Counted from the first letter of the stretch, positions 38,501 to 48,271 are shown. The stretch: 64,000 bases of DNA from an uncultured delta proteobacterium (GCA_963782055.1 CAWAIF010000003.1:4320001-4384000), one strand, 5' to 3'. Made by a program: numbers and translations. The notes: generated by a model not told the origin, from the letters alone.

Positions 38501-39399
38501 CGCTGCGACTGGGCCTGGCCGGTCGCGTCAAGGCGATCGCGGCCTGGATCGATCGCCTCGCGCCGGAGGGCGTCCGCGACCCGCACGTCGCCGGCCACGT
38601 GCTGCACATGCAGGGCACGCGGGCCTTCTTCTCCGGCGACCCCGAGGGCGCGGCGGGCGCGGCCCTCGCCGCCGGAGAGCAGTTCTTGCTCGCCGGCGAT
38701 CTGCGCAGCGGCACCATCCAGCGCTTCAACGTCTCGGCGAGCTACCTGGAGATCGGGCTGGGGGACGAGGGGCGCCCCTTGCTGGAGGAAGCGATGCGCG
38801 ATGCGGCACGGCTGGACATGGGCCACACCGTGCGCCTGGCGCAGTTCAACGTGACGGTCATGCACACCCGCGGTGGGCGCCTCGCGGAGGCCCGCGCCGC
38901 CGGCCGGGCGCTGGCCGAGGAGTGCCGCAAGAGCGACGCGAAGCACTTCGGCGCGATGGCGCTCGGCTACCTCGGCTACGTCGAGCTGCTCGACGGTCAC
39001 CTCGACGAGGCGGAAGCCTGTGCGCGCGAGGCCCTCGTCGCGCTCGACGGGACGCCGCTGGTGGTGGCGCCCCTGGCGGTGCTCGCGCAGGCTTCCCTCG
39101 AACGGGGACGTGTGGACGAGGCGCGCGCGCATGCCTCCCGCGCGATGGAGGTCATCCGTGCGTCGCCCGACGCCATCGAGGAGGGCGAGATGTTGCCGAG
39201 GATGTTCGCGCGGGCGACGTGGATCGAGGCGCGCGAGCGCTCCGGGGATCACGCCGGCGCGACCGCCGCCGCCGGCGAGGCGGCCGAGCTACTGCGCGCG
39301 CGGGCAGGGCGCCTGAAAGAGCCGCGCCACCGGCGCGCGTTCGAGGCCATCCGTGAGCACGCCCGCGTCCTCGCGCTCGTGCGGCGGCTCTCACCCTGA
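35539..39399 (+). CDS. Ser/Thr kinase + degenerate cyclase-like + AAA/STAND ATPase + TPR protein
   Basis: HRDVKPSN, DFG; FVGRERE, GLPGMGKS, LEDLHW, GNAFYLEE, FRHAFVRD. Confidence 0.92.
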   Translation: MNTHPLSDRFQVEAPAGSGGMGSIYRARDAQTGELVALKVLHEQMAIHAERFEREALALRSLDHPGIVRYVTHGALPSGATYVAMEWVEGETLSARLRRGPLAVAEVVRLGQRLADALGHAHARGIVHRDVKPSNVLLEDGDVDRPRLVDFGVAWAPSWQTLTRAGFLIGTPGYLAPEQARTGDPIDGRTDLFALGCVLYHALVRRPAFRGENLAAVLAKTLFEEPPPPAELVAELPRALDALVMRLLAKDRDARPADAAEVAAELRRIEGRLDARPSNIPAPPSLTRRERRIASVIVVGAPADDSRTLTLDTIPGQTPLPTLEPIRAAAAPFGGRVERLADGTLAVTLEGRMATDQAAQAARCALALRSVLPEAPIALATGHALAGARAPVGEAIDRAVLALGGAPHVMPAVAVDDVTAGLLDARFQVEASAGPMALRAERGTDGARRLLGRPSPFVGREREVGTLLGLWDECASEPAARVALVTGLPGMGKSRLRHELVGAIRSRDAAARVWMARGDPMTQGSPHGLVAQLVRAEAGVAEGEGLEAARRKLRARVRRHVADADAPRITEFLGELAGVPFPDEESVRLRAARRDKQLVADQVGRAFEDLLLAEADAGPVVIVLEDLHWGDAPSIRLVTSALRECRDKPLFVLALARPEVQQTFPSLFASRPLTTLALAELGRRASERLVRASLGANTSETLVSRLVAQADGNAFYLEELIRAAADGKGDAPPTVLAMVQARLERLDDDARAALRAASVFGESFWRGGVAALIGLGAEATDHALRVLEQEELVVGRAQSRVAGDTELAFRHAFVRDAAYSMLTPDDRELGHRLAAGWLEGVGERDARVLADHFERGGNRGRAAALFAAAAERSLAAHDHTGALDCAERGLSCGAAGEARGVLLASAAEAHNWRGEYALGIARAREAISLLPEASTRWYRGMAELGVSLSRSGERDAIAELCDELMRPPPGAEVVLDAITAVARIAPNALRLGLAGRVKAIAAWIDRLAPEGVRDPHVAGHVLHMQGTRAFFSGDPEGAAGAALAAGEQFLLAGDLRSGTIQRFNVSASYLEIGLGDEGRPLLEEAMRDAARLDMGHTVRLAQFNVTVMHTRGGRLAEARAAGRALAEECRKSDAKHFGAMALGYLGYVELLDGHLDEAEACAREALVALDGTPLVVAPLAVLAQASLERGRVDEARAHASRAMEVIRASPDAIEEGEMLPRMFARATWIEARERSGDHAGATAAAGEAAELLRARAGRLKEPRHRRAFEAIREHARVLALVRRLSP

Positions 39400-39428
39400 C
39401 CGGGCCCGGGAGTTGTTACACTGATCGC

Positions 39429-41576
39429 GTGCGCGAGGTGTCCTGCAAGGCGACGCGGATGATCCTGGAGGCGCTCGACGAGGCGGGCGTCGCCACCGAT
39501 GGCCTGACCGACGGCCTGCCGATCTCGCCGGAAGAGCTGCGCGATCCGCGCGCGCGCGTCGACTGGGACGTCTTCGTGGACGTCCTGGCGCGCGTCGAGG
39601 AGCGCTGCGGCGAGGCGCTGCCGCCGGAGGAGATCGGCGCGCGCATCGTGAAGGTGCCCTCCTTCGACCTGTTGCGCCGCACCGGCCGGCTCGTCATCAG
39701 CCCGCCCCAGCTCTACGAAGTGGCGGCGCGGCTGCTGGCGCCTGCCCTCTTTCCGAACGTCGTGGTCAAGCTGGAGTGGCTTCGGTCGGGGCGGCTCGTC
39801 GTCTCCGCCGACCTCCTCCCCGGGTACCGCGAGTCGGTCACCTTCTTCCGCCTCTGCCACGGCAACGTCGCCGCGACGCCGCGGCTGCTCGACCTGCCGA
39901 GCTCCGTGATCGAGGAGCAGACCTTCAGCGGACGCCACGGGCGGCTGGTGCTGCTGCCGCCGGCCTCGCACACGCTGGCCGTCCGTCTCGCGCGCGGCGT
40001 GCGCGCGGTGGCCGCGCTGCCGGCGGCCTGGCGCGGGGTCGCGCGGCAGCAGCGCGAGCTGGAGGCGAGCCTGGCCGCGCTGCGCACGTCGCGTCACGAG
40101 CTGCAGCAGCTCGTGGAGCGGCTCCCCGACGGCGTGCTCATCCATCGCGGCGGCGTCGTGCTCTGGGCGAACGCCGTGCTCGTCGAGGTGCTCGGCGGCC
40201 GGTGCCTGCAGGACGTGGTGGGCCGCCACGTCATGGACTTCGTCCCCCCGGACGATCGCGCCCCGCTCGCCGAGGCGATGGGGCGCGCCGCGCCCAACGA
40301 GATCGCCGCGGGTCGACTGGAGTACCGCGTGCTGCGGCCGGACGGCACGGTGAGGCGCCTGCAGGCGGGGACGGCGCAGGTCGTCGACTACCAGGGCGAG
40401 ACGGCGCGCCTCGTCGTGCTGCGCGACGTGACCGAGCACCACAGGCTGCGCGAGCAGGCCGCCATCTCCGACAGGCTCGCCTCCATAGGCGCGCTGGCTG
40501 CGGGCGTCGCGCACGAGATCAACAACCCGCTCGCGTACGTGCGACTCAGCCTGGAGAACGCATCCCGGCAGGCCCGTGCGGCGGGCGCGCCGAGCCCCGA
40601 GCTCGAGGACTCGCTCGTCCTCGCGAGGGAGGGGACCGACCGTGTCATCGGCATCGTGCGCGATCTCAAGATGCTCTCGCGCGTGCAGGACGAGCCGAAC
40701 GAGGCGGTCGACGTGGCCGCCGTGCTCGAGTCGACCCTGGCGCTGGCCGAGCGCACCTTCGCCACCAGGGCCCGGGTGATGCGGAGCTACGGCCCCACGC
40801 CGCCGGTGCTCGCCACGCGCGGCAAGCTGGGGCAGGTGTTCCTCAATCTGCTCTCCAACGCCGCCGACGCCATCCCGGAGGGCGCGCCGGAGTCGGAGAC
40901 GATCCACGTCGTGACGCGGACCGACGAGCGGGGGCGCGCCGTGGTGGAGATCTCCGACACCGGGACCGGCATCCCGGCCGAGGTCGCGCACCGCGTGTTC
41001 GATGCCTTCTTCACGACCAAGCCGGTGGGCGTGGGCACCGGCCTGGGGCTGGCGATGTGCCATCGGATGGTGACCGAGCTGGGCGGCGAGATCGACTTCC
41101 AGTCATCGCACGCCGGCACCACCTTCCGCGTGGCGCTCTCCCCGGCCGAGGCGCGACCGGCGGCAGGCCGCCCGCCCGCAGAGCCCGCGTCCGCCGGCAA
41201 GCACCGCGGGCGCGTGCTGGTGGTGGACGACGAGCCTGCGCTTCTCGGGTCGCTGGTGCGCCTGGTGTCCGACGCGCACGACGTGGTGGGCGCGGCGAGC
41301 GGCCGCCAGGCACTCGACATCCTGAACGACGACAGCCGCTTCGACGTGGTGCTCGCCGACGTCATGATGTCCGAGCTGGACGGCATCCAGCTCTACGAGG
41401 CGGTCCGCGCGGGCCACCCCGGCCTGGAGCGGCGGTTCGTCTTCATGACGGGCGGCGCCTTCACCGAGAGCATGCAGCGCTTCCTCGCGACCGTGCCAAA
41501 CCGCTGTCTCGCCAAGCCGTTCCAGGGCGGCGAGCTGCTGGAGGCCCTGGACGCCGCGGTGGCGCAGCACGCGTGA
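39429..41576 (+). CDS. Hybrid sensor histidine kinase (N-terminal sensor, PAS, HisKA, HATPase, REC)
   Basis: AHEINNPL, NLLSNA, DTGTG, FFTTK, GTGLGL, VLVVDDE. Confidence 0.93.
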   Translation: MREVSCKATRMILEALDEAGVATDGLTDGLPISPEELRDPRARVDWDVFVDVLARVEERCGEALPPEEIGARIVKVPSFDLLRRTGRLVISPPQLYEVAARLLAPALFPNVVVKLEWLRSGRLVVSADLLPGYRESVTFFRLCHGNVAATPRLLDLPSSVIEEQTFSGRHGRLVLLPPASHTLAVRLARGVRAVAALPAAWRGVARQQRELEASLAALRTSRHELQQLVERLPDGVLIHRGGVVLWANAVLVEVLGGRCLQDVVGRHVMDFVPPDDRAPLAEAMGRAAPNEIAAGRLEYRVLRPDGTVRRLQAGTAQVVDYQGETARLVVLRDVTEHHRLREQAAISDRLASIGALAAGVAHEINNPLAYVRLSLENASRQARAAGAPSPELEDSLVLAREGTDRVIGIVRDLKMLSRVQDEPNEAVDVAAVLESTLALAERTFATRARVMRSYGPTPPVLATRGKLGQVFLNLLSNAADAIPEGAPESETIHVVTRTDERGRAVVEISDTGTGIPAEVAHRVFDAFFTTKPVGVGTGLGLAMCHRMVTELGGEIDFQSSHAGTTFRVALSPAEARPAAGRPPAEPASAGKHRGRVLVVDDEPALLGSLVRLVSDAHDVVGAASGRQALDILNDDSRFDVVLADVMMSELDGIQLYEAVRAGHPGLERRFVFMTGGAFTESMQRFLATVPNRCLAKPFQGGELLEALDAAVAQHA

Positions 41577-41665
41577 CCGGACACCGCCGTCCCTGAGGCA
41601 GTCCTCGTGGCCCGCCTTCGCGGGAGGGCCGGCGGTCTGGTACGGCCCATGCGTGACTCCCCTGG

Positions 41666-42322
41666 ATGCCCAGCGCCGATGACATCCTCGCAGGACTCAC
41701 TCGCGCGGCGAACGACGGGCTCGCCGTCGCCGCGGCGTGGCACGTCGTCCTCGCCCTCGCCATCTTCGCCCTAGGCGCGAAGATTCGGCGCCCGACGGCT
41801 CGCTCCGCGGCCATCGCGACGGCGGCGCCGCTCGTGTCGGTGTCGGTGCTCGCCTGGCACGTGCACAACCCGTTCAACGCCGTCGTGTTCGCGGGCGCGA
41901 CGTTCGCGCTCGTCGCGCTCGGCTTGCGCGTCCCGACCCGCCCGCCGAGCTTCGGTCCTGGCTGGGCGGTCGCCCTCGGCACGGTGCTGCTGGTGCTCGG
42001 ATGGACCTACCCGCATTTTCTGCCGTCCCGACCCGCGTGGCTCTACGCCGTGGCCGCGCCGCTCGGCGTGGTGCCGTGCGCGACGCTTTGCGTGGTCCTC
42101 GGGGTCGCCCTGTGCATGGGCGCCTTCGGCTCGCGCGCGTGGGGACTGACGGCGGCCGGCGTGGGCCTCGTCTATGGCCTCTTCGGCGCGCTGTACCTGG
42201 GCGTGTGGCTCGACCTCGCCCTCGCCGGCGCGGCCGTGGCCCTCATCGTCCTGGAGGCTCGGCGTCATCCGCGACGGCACCGTGCTCACCCGAGCCACCT
42301 CGTCGAGGTGACGTCGAAGTAG
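41666..42322 (+). CDS. Multi-pass membrane protein (DUF6064-like)
   Basis: NPFN, YPHFL, APLGVVPCAT motifs; about 7 TM helices. Confidence 0.7.
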   Translation: MPSADDILAGLTRAANDGLAVAAAWHVVLALAIFALGAKIRRPTARSAAIATAAPLVSVSVLAWHVHNPFNAVVFAGATFALVALGLRVPTRPPSFGPGWAVALGTVLLVLGWTYPHFLPSRPAWLYAVAAPLGVVPCATLCVVLGVALCMGAFGSRAWGLTAAGVGLVYGLFGALYLGVWLDLALAGAAVALIVLEARRHPRRHRAHPSHLVEVTSK

Positions 42323-42400
42323 GTCACCACTCCACCGCGAAGCCGGGCCCCGAGGACGGCGGCTCACGCGGCGGAGTCGGCCCCAAGACGACCGCCGGCG

Positions 42401-42898
42401 CTACATGGCGGACGGCGCGACGGGACACTCGCCGTAGGAGAGGCGTGTCGCCCACGCGCCGATGTCATGCTGGAGCAGAGACAGCTCCGCGGACCGCGCC
42501 GCCCGGAGGACGAGGCGCGCGCCACCGGGGATCTCGGTGACCGACGCGGAGGACAGCGGAAGCGTGACGCTGCCGAAGACCCACGCCTGACCCGGCACGC
42601 CTTCGCTCATCATCATGAGCCCGCTCGGCGCGCGGTTGTGCGCCACCGCCATCGCGTTGACGCGATCGCGCAGCTCGGTCACCTCGCCGGCGGTCGTGGT
42701 GAAGTCCAGCGCGGCCTCGCCCTTGGTATCGACGAGCGCGACGCTGGCGTCCGGCACGTCCATCGGACAGGCATATCCGGCCGCCGGCCGGACCTGTGCC
42801 GCGGTGGTGGTGGTCTCGGTGCTGCCCGTCTCGGCACACCCCGCGAGCGCGGCGCCGGCGGCGAGGACCGCCGCGGCGAGGATGGTTGAAGTTCTCAT
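42401..42898 (-). CDS. Hypothetical lipoprotein
   Basis: Lipobox LAGC; AAGGAG RBS; CPM..P and GGARL motifs. Confidence 0.75.
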   Translation of the reverse strand: MRTSTILAAAVLAAGAALAGCAETGSTETTTTAAQVRPAAGYACPMDVPDASVALVDTKGEAALDFTTTAGEVTELRDRVNAMAVAHNRAPSGLMMMSEGVPGQAWVFGSVTLPLSSASVTEIPGGARLVLRAARSAELSLLQHDIGAWATRLSYGECPVAPSAM

Positions 42899-43277
42899 GA
42901 CGTTCTCCTTTCGATGGTGTCGGCGCGTATCTTTTGCGACGATCTCCGTTCACACCTCCGCCCTGGCGTGGCGCGAAGGGACTGACTCGTCCGTGAGCGC
43001 GGCGCGCCTCCAGCTTGGATGGTGCGGCGCCGTCCCGATCGACGGGCGCGACGCACTGGCACTTTGGGTACATGCACCTACAGCAAGGGCCGTGCCGCCG
43101 TGCCTCGAGCGGTCAATCGCCTGCGTGCGACGAGTCGCGGCCCACCGCCGCCTCGCGGCGCAGTCGAAATGCGCACGCGAACGCAGCGCGTGCCGGGTGG
43201 ACCTGCGGCACGGACCACGCCGCCCGAGCCACGCGCGCGGCACGTGACGTGCAGCCTCTGCCGCCACGGAGGCACCC

Positions 43278-43739
43278 ATGAACCGGCACGTGAGCCTGCG
43301 GAAGGTCCTGAAGGTGGGCGGCATCGCCACCGGCGCGCTGCTGCTGGTGATCCAGCTCGTGCCGTACGGCCGGGCGCACCAGAACCCGCCTGTGGTGCGG
43401 GAGCCTGCGTGGGACACGCCCGCCACGCGCGCGCTCGCCGTGCGCGCCTGCTTCGACTGTCACAGCCACCAGACGCGGTGGCCGTGGTACTCACACGTGG
43501 CGCCCGCGTCGTGGATGGTGCAGCACGACGTCGACGAGGGGCGGAGCGTGCTCGACTTCTCCGACTGGACACGCCACTACGAGGAGGCGGGCGACGCCGC
43601 GGAGGAGGTGCGGGAGGGGGACATGCCGCCGGCGACCTACCTCCTCGCGCACCCTGAGGCGCGGCTGTCGCCGGAGGAGAAGGCGGCGCTCGAGCGAGGT
43701 CTGACCGCCACGCTGAGCGCCCCGCGCGCGGCGGAGTGA
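43278..43739 (+). CDS. Haem-binding (Haem_bd) c-type cytochrome
   Basis: ACFDCHS..T.WPWYS.VAP.SW...DV.EGR; MPP..Y. Confidence 0.9.
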   Translation: MNRHVSLRKVLKVGGIATGALLLVIQLVPYGRAHQNPPVVREPAWDTPATRALAVRACFDCHSHQTRWPWYSHVAPASWMVQHDVDEGRSVLDFSDWTRHYEEAGDAAEEVREGDMPPATYLLAHPEARLSPEEKAALERGLTATLSAPRAAE

Positions 43740-43769
43740 ACGGCGCGCGCGGAGCCGGATGGGCGGCCG

Positions 43770-44390
43770 TCAGCGCCGGGTGCGCCGCGACCTCGTCTCG
43801 ACCGTCGCCTTGCGCGCGCGACCCGCGCCGGGCGCCGCGGGGAGCGCGGGGCCGGCAAGACGCCGGAGCTGCGCGCGCACGTCCTTCGGCCAGCGGCGGA
43901 CGAGGGCGTCGAAGCGCGCGCCGTCGCGGGCGAAGAGCGCGCGAGACGCCTCCTCGAAGCCGGGGCGGTTGCCGGCGAGCGCCGTCATCACGCGGCTGGT
44001 CGCGTCGATCGCCATGCGCGCGCGCTCCCCTTCCGGATCGCGCTTGCGCGCCTCGTCCACGAGGCGGCGGAGCGCCGCCGAGATGCCGCTCGGCTGCGAC
44101 TCCAGCCACTCCCAGTGGCGCGGCAGCAGGGTGACCTCCCGCGCGACGACGCCCAGCCTGGGCCGGCCGGGGCCGGCGGGCACCGGCGTGGTGGCGCGAG
44201 CGACGACCTCCTCAGGCGTGCCGCGCAGGTCGAAGTCCACCTGCCGGCCGGTGTCGTCCTCGAAGAGGAGGACGAGCTGGCCGGCGTCGCGATCGTGCCG
44301 CCGCTTGGCGGCGAGCAGGACCGTGGCCAGGCTGCCAGCGGCGACGCAGGCGTCCCCGGCGAAGGCGGCGTAGGTGCGCTCGGTGTTCAT
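43770..44390 (-). CDS. DUF2239 family protein
   Basis: GRQVDFDLRG, GRPRLGVVAREVTLLPRHWEWL, AGNRPGFEEA. Confidence 0.9.
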   Translation of the reverse strand: MNTERTYAAFAGDACVAAGSLATVLLAAKRRHDRDAGQLVLLFEDDTGRQVDFDLRGTPEEVVARATTPVPAGPGRPRLGVVAREVTLLPRHWEWLESQPSGISAALRRLVDEARKRDPEGERARMAIDATSRVMTALAGNRPGFEEASRALFARDGARFDALVRRWPKDVRAQLRRLAGPALPAAPGAGRARKATVETRSRRTRR

Positions 44391-44391
44391 G

Positions 44392-44465
44392 CCCGGAGTT
44401 ATACCCGGGTCATTCAGAGGGTCAATATCTCCCGGGTAATATTTCGACAAATCACCCGGGTACTA
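44392..44465. promoter_or_regulatory. Three CCCGGGT palindrome-core boxes in an AT-rich divergent promoter
   Basis: ATACCCGGGTCAT, CTCCCGGGTAAT, CACCCGGGTACT with cores at 44404, 44431, 44455. Confidence 0.65.
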
Positions 44466-44561
44466 TTTCCGGCCCCCGCCGCCGGCGCGCCAGCCCCTCC
44501 CTCGGCCGCGGGAGGTGTCAGGAACGTCGTACGCTCCCGTCGTCACTCCCGGAGGACCCCG

Positions 44562-45158
44562 GTGCTCGATCGTCCCCAGCTCGATGCTCTCGACCGCGAC
44601 GGATACGTCGTGCTGCCCGCGGTGCTCGAGGCGAGCGTCGTGGATCGCCTGCGCGCCGCCTTCGATGGCGCCACCAGGCAGGACGCGGGCACGCAGCACG
44701 TGGTCCTCTCCGACGCCACGCCGGAGGTGGGGCTCTGGCGCGCGCTCGCCGATCACCCCGCCGTCACCTCTGCGGCCGCGCACGTGCTGGGGCGACCCGC
44801 GCGCGTGCGTGATCTGCACGGCCGCAACCCCCTCCCCGGCTTCGGCCAGCAGGGCCTGCACACCGACGCGGTGCCCCGCGCCCCCGGCGCGCCCTTCGTG
44901 GTGGTGACGGCGATCTGGATGCTGGACGACTTCACGCCGGACAGCGGCGCCACGCGCGTCGTGCCCGGCTCGCACCGCGTCGCGCGCCCCCTGCCGAAGG
45001 CGCTCGCGCAGCCGCTGGCGCACCACCGCGACGAGATCGTGATCACCGGCCGCGCGGGGAGCGTGCTCTGCTTCAACGGCCACCTCTGGCACTCCGGCCG
45101 GCGTAACCAGAGCGCCGGCCCGCGGCGCGCCGGCCAGATGCTGCTCGTCCCCGCGTGA
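44562..45158 (+). CDS. PhyH-like 2OG/Fe(II) dioxygenase
   Basis: LHTD, DDFT..GATRVVPGSH, LWHSG..N...RR. Confidence 0.9.
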   Translation: MLDRPQLDALDRDGYVVLPAVLEASVVDRLRAAFDGATRQDAGTQHVVLSDATPEVGLWRALADHPAVTSAAAHVLGRPARVRDLHGRNPLPGFGQQGLHTDAVPRAPGAPFVVVTAIWMLDDFTPDSGATRVVPGSHRVARPLPKALAQPLAHHRDEIVITGRAGSVLCFNGHLWHSGRRNQSAGPRRAGQMLLVPA

Positions 45159-45217
45159 CGCCCCTCTTCTCGCGACGCGTGGGGGGCACTGCGCTCGACC
45201 TGTGCGTACAATCCGGC

Positions 45218-45799
45218 GTGCGGCCCCTTCCGCTCGTGATCACCCTGGCGGCCCTGCTCGCCTGCAACCCGCCACCCCCGGCGCCGAGCGCCGGGCCGGT
45301 CGCCTCCGTCGGGCCCGATCCGGCCACGCCGATGGCATCGACGGCATCCGGCCCCGCGCTCTCCTCGGCGCCGATCGCGTCCTCTCCGCCGGCGTCCTCC
45401 GCCGCGCCGGGCTCCGCCGCGTCGACCAGGAAGCCGACGACCACCTTCATCTACGAGCAGGACGGCGACACCCTCTCCTTCTTCCGCCCGCGCACGCTCC
45501 GGCTGGTCCGCCACGCCGACGGCGGCACCCGCGTCTGCCAGACCGAGCTGTCGCAGTCGCAGGACAACATGTGGACCGCCGACAATCTGGAGGCCGCGCT
45601 CCGCGATCCCGACGTCGTCTCCGCGCTCGCTGCCCACGCGAGCAACACGGCGCTGGACGCGGGCCGGCTGAGCGCGGGCCGCGGTTCGATCACCTGGCAG
45701 AGCCGCTGCACCGGGTGCACGCCGGAGAAGCCTGGCGTCGAGCGCCTGCACCAGATGCTCCGCGGCGTGATGATGAACCGCCGCCTGCTATGCCCCTGA
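45218..45799 (+). CDS. Hypothetical lipoprotein
   Basis: Lipobox LLAC; Pro/Ser/Ala linker; globular C-terminus. Confidence 0.7.
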   Translation: MRPLPLVITLAALLACNPPPPAPSAGPVASVGPDPATPMASTASGPALSSAPIASSPPASSAAPGSAASTRKPTTTFIYEQDGDTLSFFRPRTLRLVRHADGGTRVCQTELSQSQDNMWTADNLEAALRDPDVVSALAAHASNTALDAGRLSAGRGSITWQSRCTGCTPEKPGVERLHQMLRGVMMNRRLLCP

Positions 45800-45817
45800 C
45801 GCTCCCGCGCGACGCGG

Positions 45818-47074
45818 TCAGGACGGCCCGAGCCCCTTCGCCCGCGCCAGGAGCAGATCGCGCTCGCGCGTGTTCTTCGCCATCGCCGCCGCGCGCTGCA
45901 GCTCGACCCGCGCCTCGTCGCGGCGGCCCAGCTTCGTCAGGAGGTCCGCCCGCACCGCCGGCAGCAGGTGGTAGGCGCGCAGCGCCGGCTCGTCGGCGAG
46001 ACGATCGACCAGCTCCAGCCCGGCGGCCGGACCGAACGCCATGGCGACGGCGACGGCGCGGTTGAGCTCGACGACGGGCGAGCCGGTGATCTCGGCGAGC
46101 GCGTCGTACAGCGCCACGATACGCGCCCAGTCGGTCTGCTCCGGCGCGGCCGCGCGCGCGTGGCACGCGGCGATCGCCGCTTGCAGCGTGTACGGACCGA
46201 GCGGCGCCCCGAGCGACTCGGCGCGGGCGAGCGCCTCCAGCCCGCGGCGGACGAGCAGCTGATCCCAGCGCCCCCGGTCCTGCTCCAGCAGCAGCACCGG
46301 CTCCCCGCCCGGGCCGACGCGGGCGCGCGCGCGAGAGGCCTGGATCTCCATGAGCGCGACCAGACCGTGGACCTCGGCCTCGCCGGGGACGAGCGCGGCG
46401 AGCACCCGGCCGAGGCGCAGGGCGTCCTCGCAGAGGGCAGGCCGCATCCAGTCCTCGCCGCGCGTGGCGGCGTAGCCCTCGTTGAAGATCAGGTAGACCA
46501 CCTCCAGCACCGACGCGAGCCGCGCGGTGAGCTCGGCACCGCGTGGCACCTCGAAGGGAACGCGCGCCTCGGCGAGGGTGCGCTTGGCGCGCACGATCCG
46601 CTGCGCAATCGTCGGCTCCGGCACGAGGAAGGCGCGGGCGATCTCCTCTGTCGTCAGGCCGCCGACGAGCCGCAGGGTGAGCGCGACGCGCGCCTCGGGG
46701 GAGAGCACCGGGTGGCACGCGCCGAGCACAAGGCGCAGCACGTCGTCGCCCACGTCCTCGTCGAGGGCCTCGGCGAGATCGCGCTGCTCCGGCGCCGGCT
46801 CACGCTCCAGCTCGTCGTGCTTGCGGTCCTGCATCCGCCGGCGGCGCAGCTCGTCGAGCGCGCGGTTCTTCGCCGCAGTCATGAGCCACGCGCCGGGGTT
46901 GTCGGGGATCCCCGACTCCGGCCACCGCTCCAGCGCGGTGACCAGCGCCTCCTGCGCGAGCTCCTCGGCGAGCCCCACGTCGCGCACCATGCGCACGAGA
47001 GCGCCGAGGAGCCGCGCCGACTCGATGCGCCAGACGGCGTCGATCGTCCGGCGCGTGGCCTCCGACGTGCTCAC
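45818..47074 (-). CDS. ECF sigma factor, ECF42-like with TPR extension
   Basis: WRIESARL, AEELAQEA, CHPVL, QRIVRAKR, YLIFNEGY. Confidence 0.92.
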   Translation of the reverse strand: MSTSEATRRTIDAVWRIESARLLGALVRMVRDVGLAEELAQEALVTALERWPESGIPDNPGAWLMTAAKNRALDELRRRRMQDRKHDELEREPAPEQRDLAEALDEDVGDDVLRLVLGACHPVLSPEARVALTLRLVGGLTTEEIARAFLVPEPTIAQRIVRAKRTLAEARVPFEVPRGAELTARLASVLEVVYLIFNEGYAATRGEDWMRPALCEDALRLGRVLAALVPGEAEVHGLVALMEIQASRARARVGPGGEPVLLLEQDRGRWDQLLVRRGLEALARAESLGAPLGPYTLQAAIAACHARAAAPEQTDWARIVALYDALAEITGSPVVELNRAVAVAMAFGPAAGLELVDRLADEPALRAYHLLPAVRADLLTKLGRRDEARVELQRAAAMAKNTRERDLLLARAKGLGPS

Positions 47075-47084
47075 CGCCTGCCGC

Positions 47085-47492
47085 CTACCGGTTCGGGGTG
47101 CTGGCGAGGCCCGACACCGCCTTCCTCACGTCGGCGGGGAAGTCAGCCATCTCCTGCACCTGCCGCACCTCGATGGTCTCCGTCTCCCTGCCCGGGCAGC
47201 GACGCGCCCACTCGATGGCCTCCTCGCGCGACTTGACCTGGATCATCCAGTAGCCGCCGATCACCTCCTTCGCCTCGGCGAAGGGCCCGTCCACCACCGT
47301 GGACTTGCCGCCGGAGAAGCTCACCCGCGCGCCGGACGAGGGTGGGTGCAGCCCGTCGAGGGCGAGCAGGACGCCCGCCTTCTGGAGCTCGGCGTTGTAC
47401 TTCATCATCTCGGCGACGTGCTCGGCGTCCGGCATGGTCCCCGGCGCAGCCGCCTCGTAGCCCTTCGGGATCATCAGCATCATGAATCGCAC
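47085..47492 (-). CDS. YciI/DGPF family protein
   Basis: DGPFAEAKEVIGGYW. Confidence 0.92.
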   Translation of the reverse strand: MRFMMLMIPKGYEAAAPGTMPDAEHVAEMMKYNAELQKAGVLLALDGLHPPSSGARVSFSGGKSTVVDGPFAEAKEVIGGYWMIQVKSREEAIEWARRCPGRETETIEVRQVQEMADFPADVRKAVSGLASTPNR

Positions 47493-47510
47493 GGTCAGCC
47501 TCCTTCCCGC

Positions 47511-47969
47511 TCAGCGGCTCGCGAGCCGCGCCCGCAACTTCTCCTCCCGCGCCCTGGCCGCCGGCGTGAGCTCCTTGCCGAACTCCTCCATCTCGAAGAC
47601 GGGCCGGATCTCGATCTCCGCCCCGCCCGCGGCCTGGCTCTCGGTCGACATGTCCGACGGCATGTAGTCGCCCATGCGCCTGATCCACCGCACGGCCTCG
47701 TCCACCGACTCCACCTTCCAAATCCAGTAGCCGGCGATGAGCTCCTTGGTCTCGGCGAAGGGCCCGTCGATGACCTTGACGCCGCTCGCGGACATCTGCA
47801 CCCGCTTGCCCTTCGCGCTGGGCGTCAGCCCGTCGGCCGCGAGCAGCACGCCCGCCTCGACGAGGGCCTCGTTGAACTTGCTCATGCCCGTCAGGATCTT
47901 CTCGCTCGGCATCTTGCCCGCCTCCGAGTCGGCGCTCGCCTTCATGATCACCATCACGCGCATCGTCAT
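47511..47969 (-). CDS. YciI/DGPF family protein
   Basis: DGPFAETKELIAGYW. Confidence 0.92.
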   Translation of the reverse strand: MTMRVMVIMKASADSEAGKMPSEKILTGMSKFNEALVEAGVLLAADGLTPSAKGKRVQMSASGVKVIDGPFAETKELIAGYWIWKVESVDEAVRWIRRMGDYMPSDMSTESQAAGGAEIEIRPVFEMEEFGKELTPAARAREEKLRARLASR

Positions 47970-48271
47970 CTTCCTTCCTCTGAGGCCGGAGGTGGTCCGG
48001 CCGGGGTGACACGTACTGCGGGCCCGGTGGGCCGCGCTTCGGCATTCATGCAGACGACGAACTGGCGCCGGGCCGATCGACAGACCCCACACGATTTTCT
48101 TGCGCCGACCTGGTAGCTCCCGCCCACGGCGTAGCACGAGCTGGTGGGGGTTCACGAGCCGGGTCGAAGACCGGCCGGCGGCGATCAGCGCTCGGAGCCC
48201 TCCACGCGACCACCGGCCCCCGGCGTCGAGAAACGGCGCGCCGCGTCATGCATCGAAGTACCATGCTCGCG

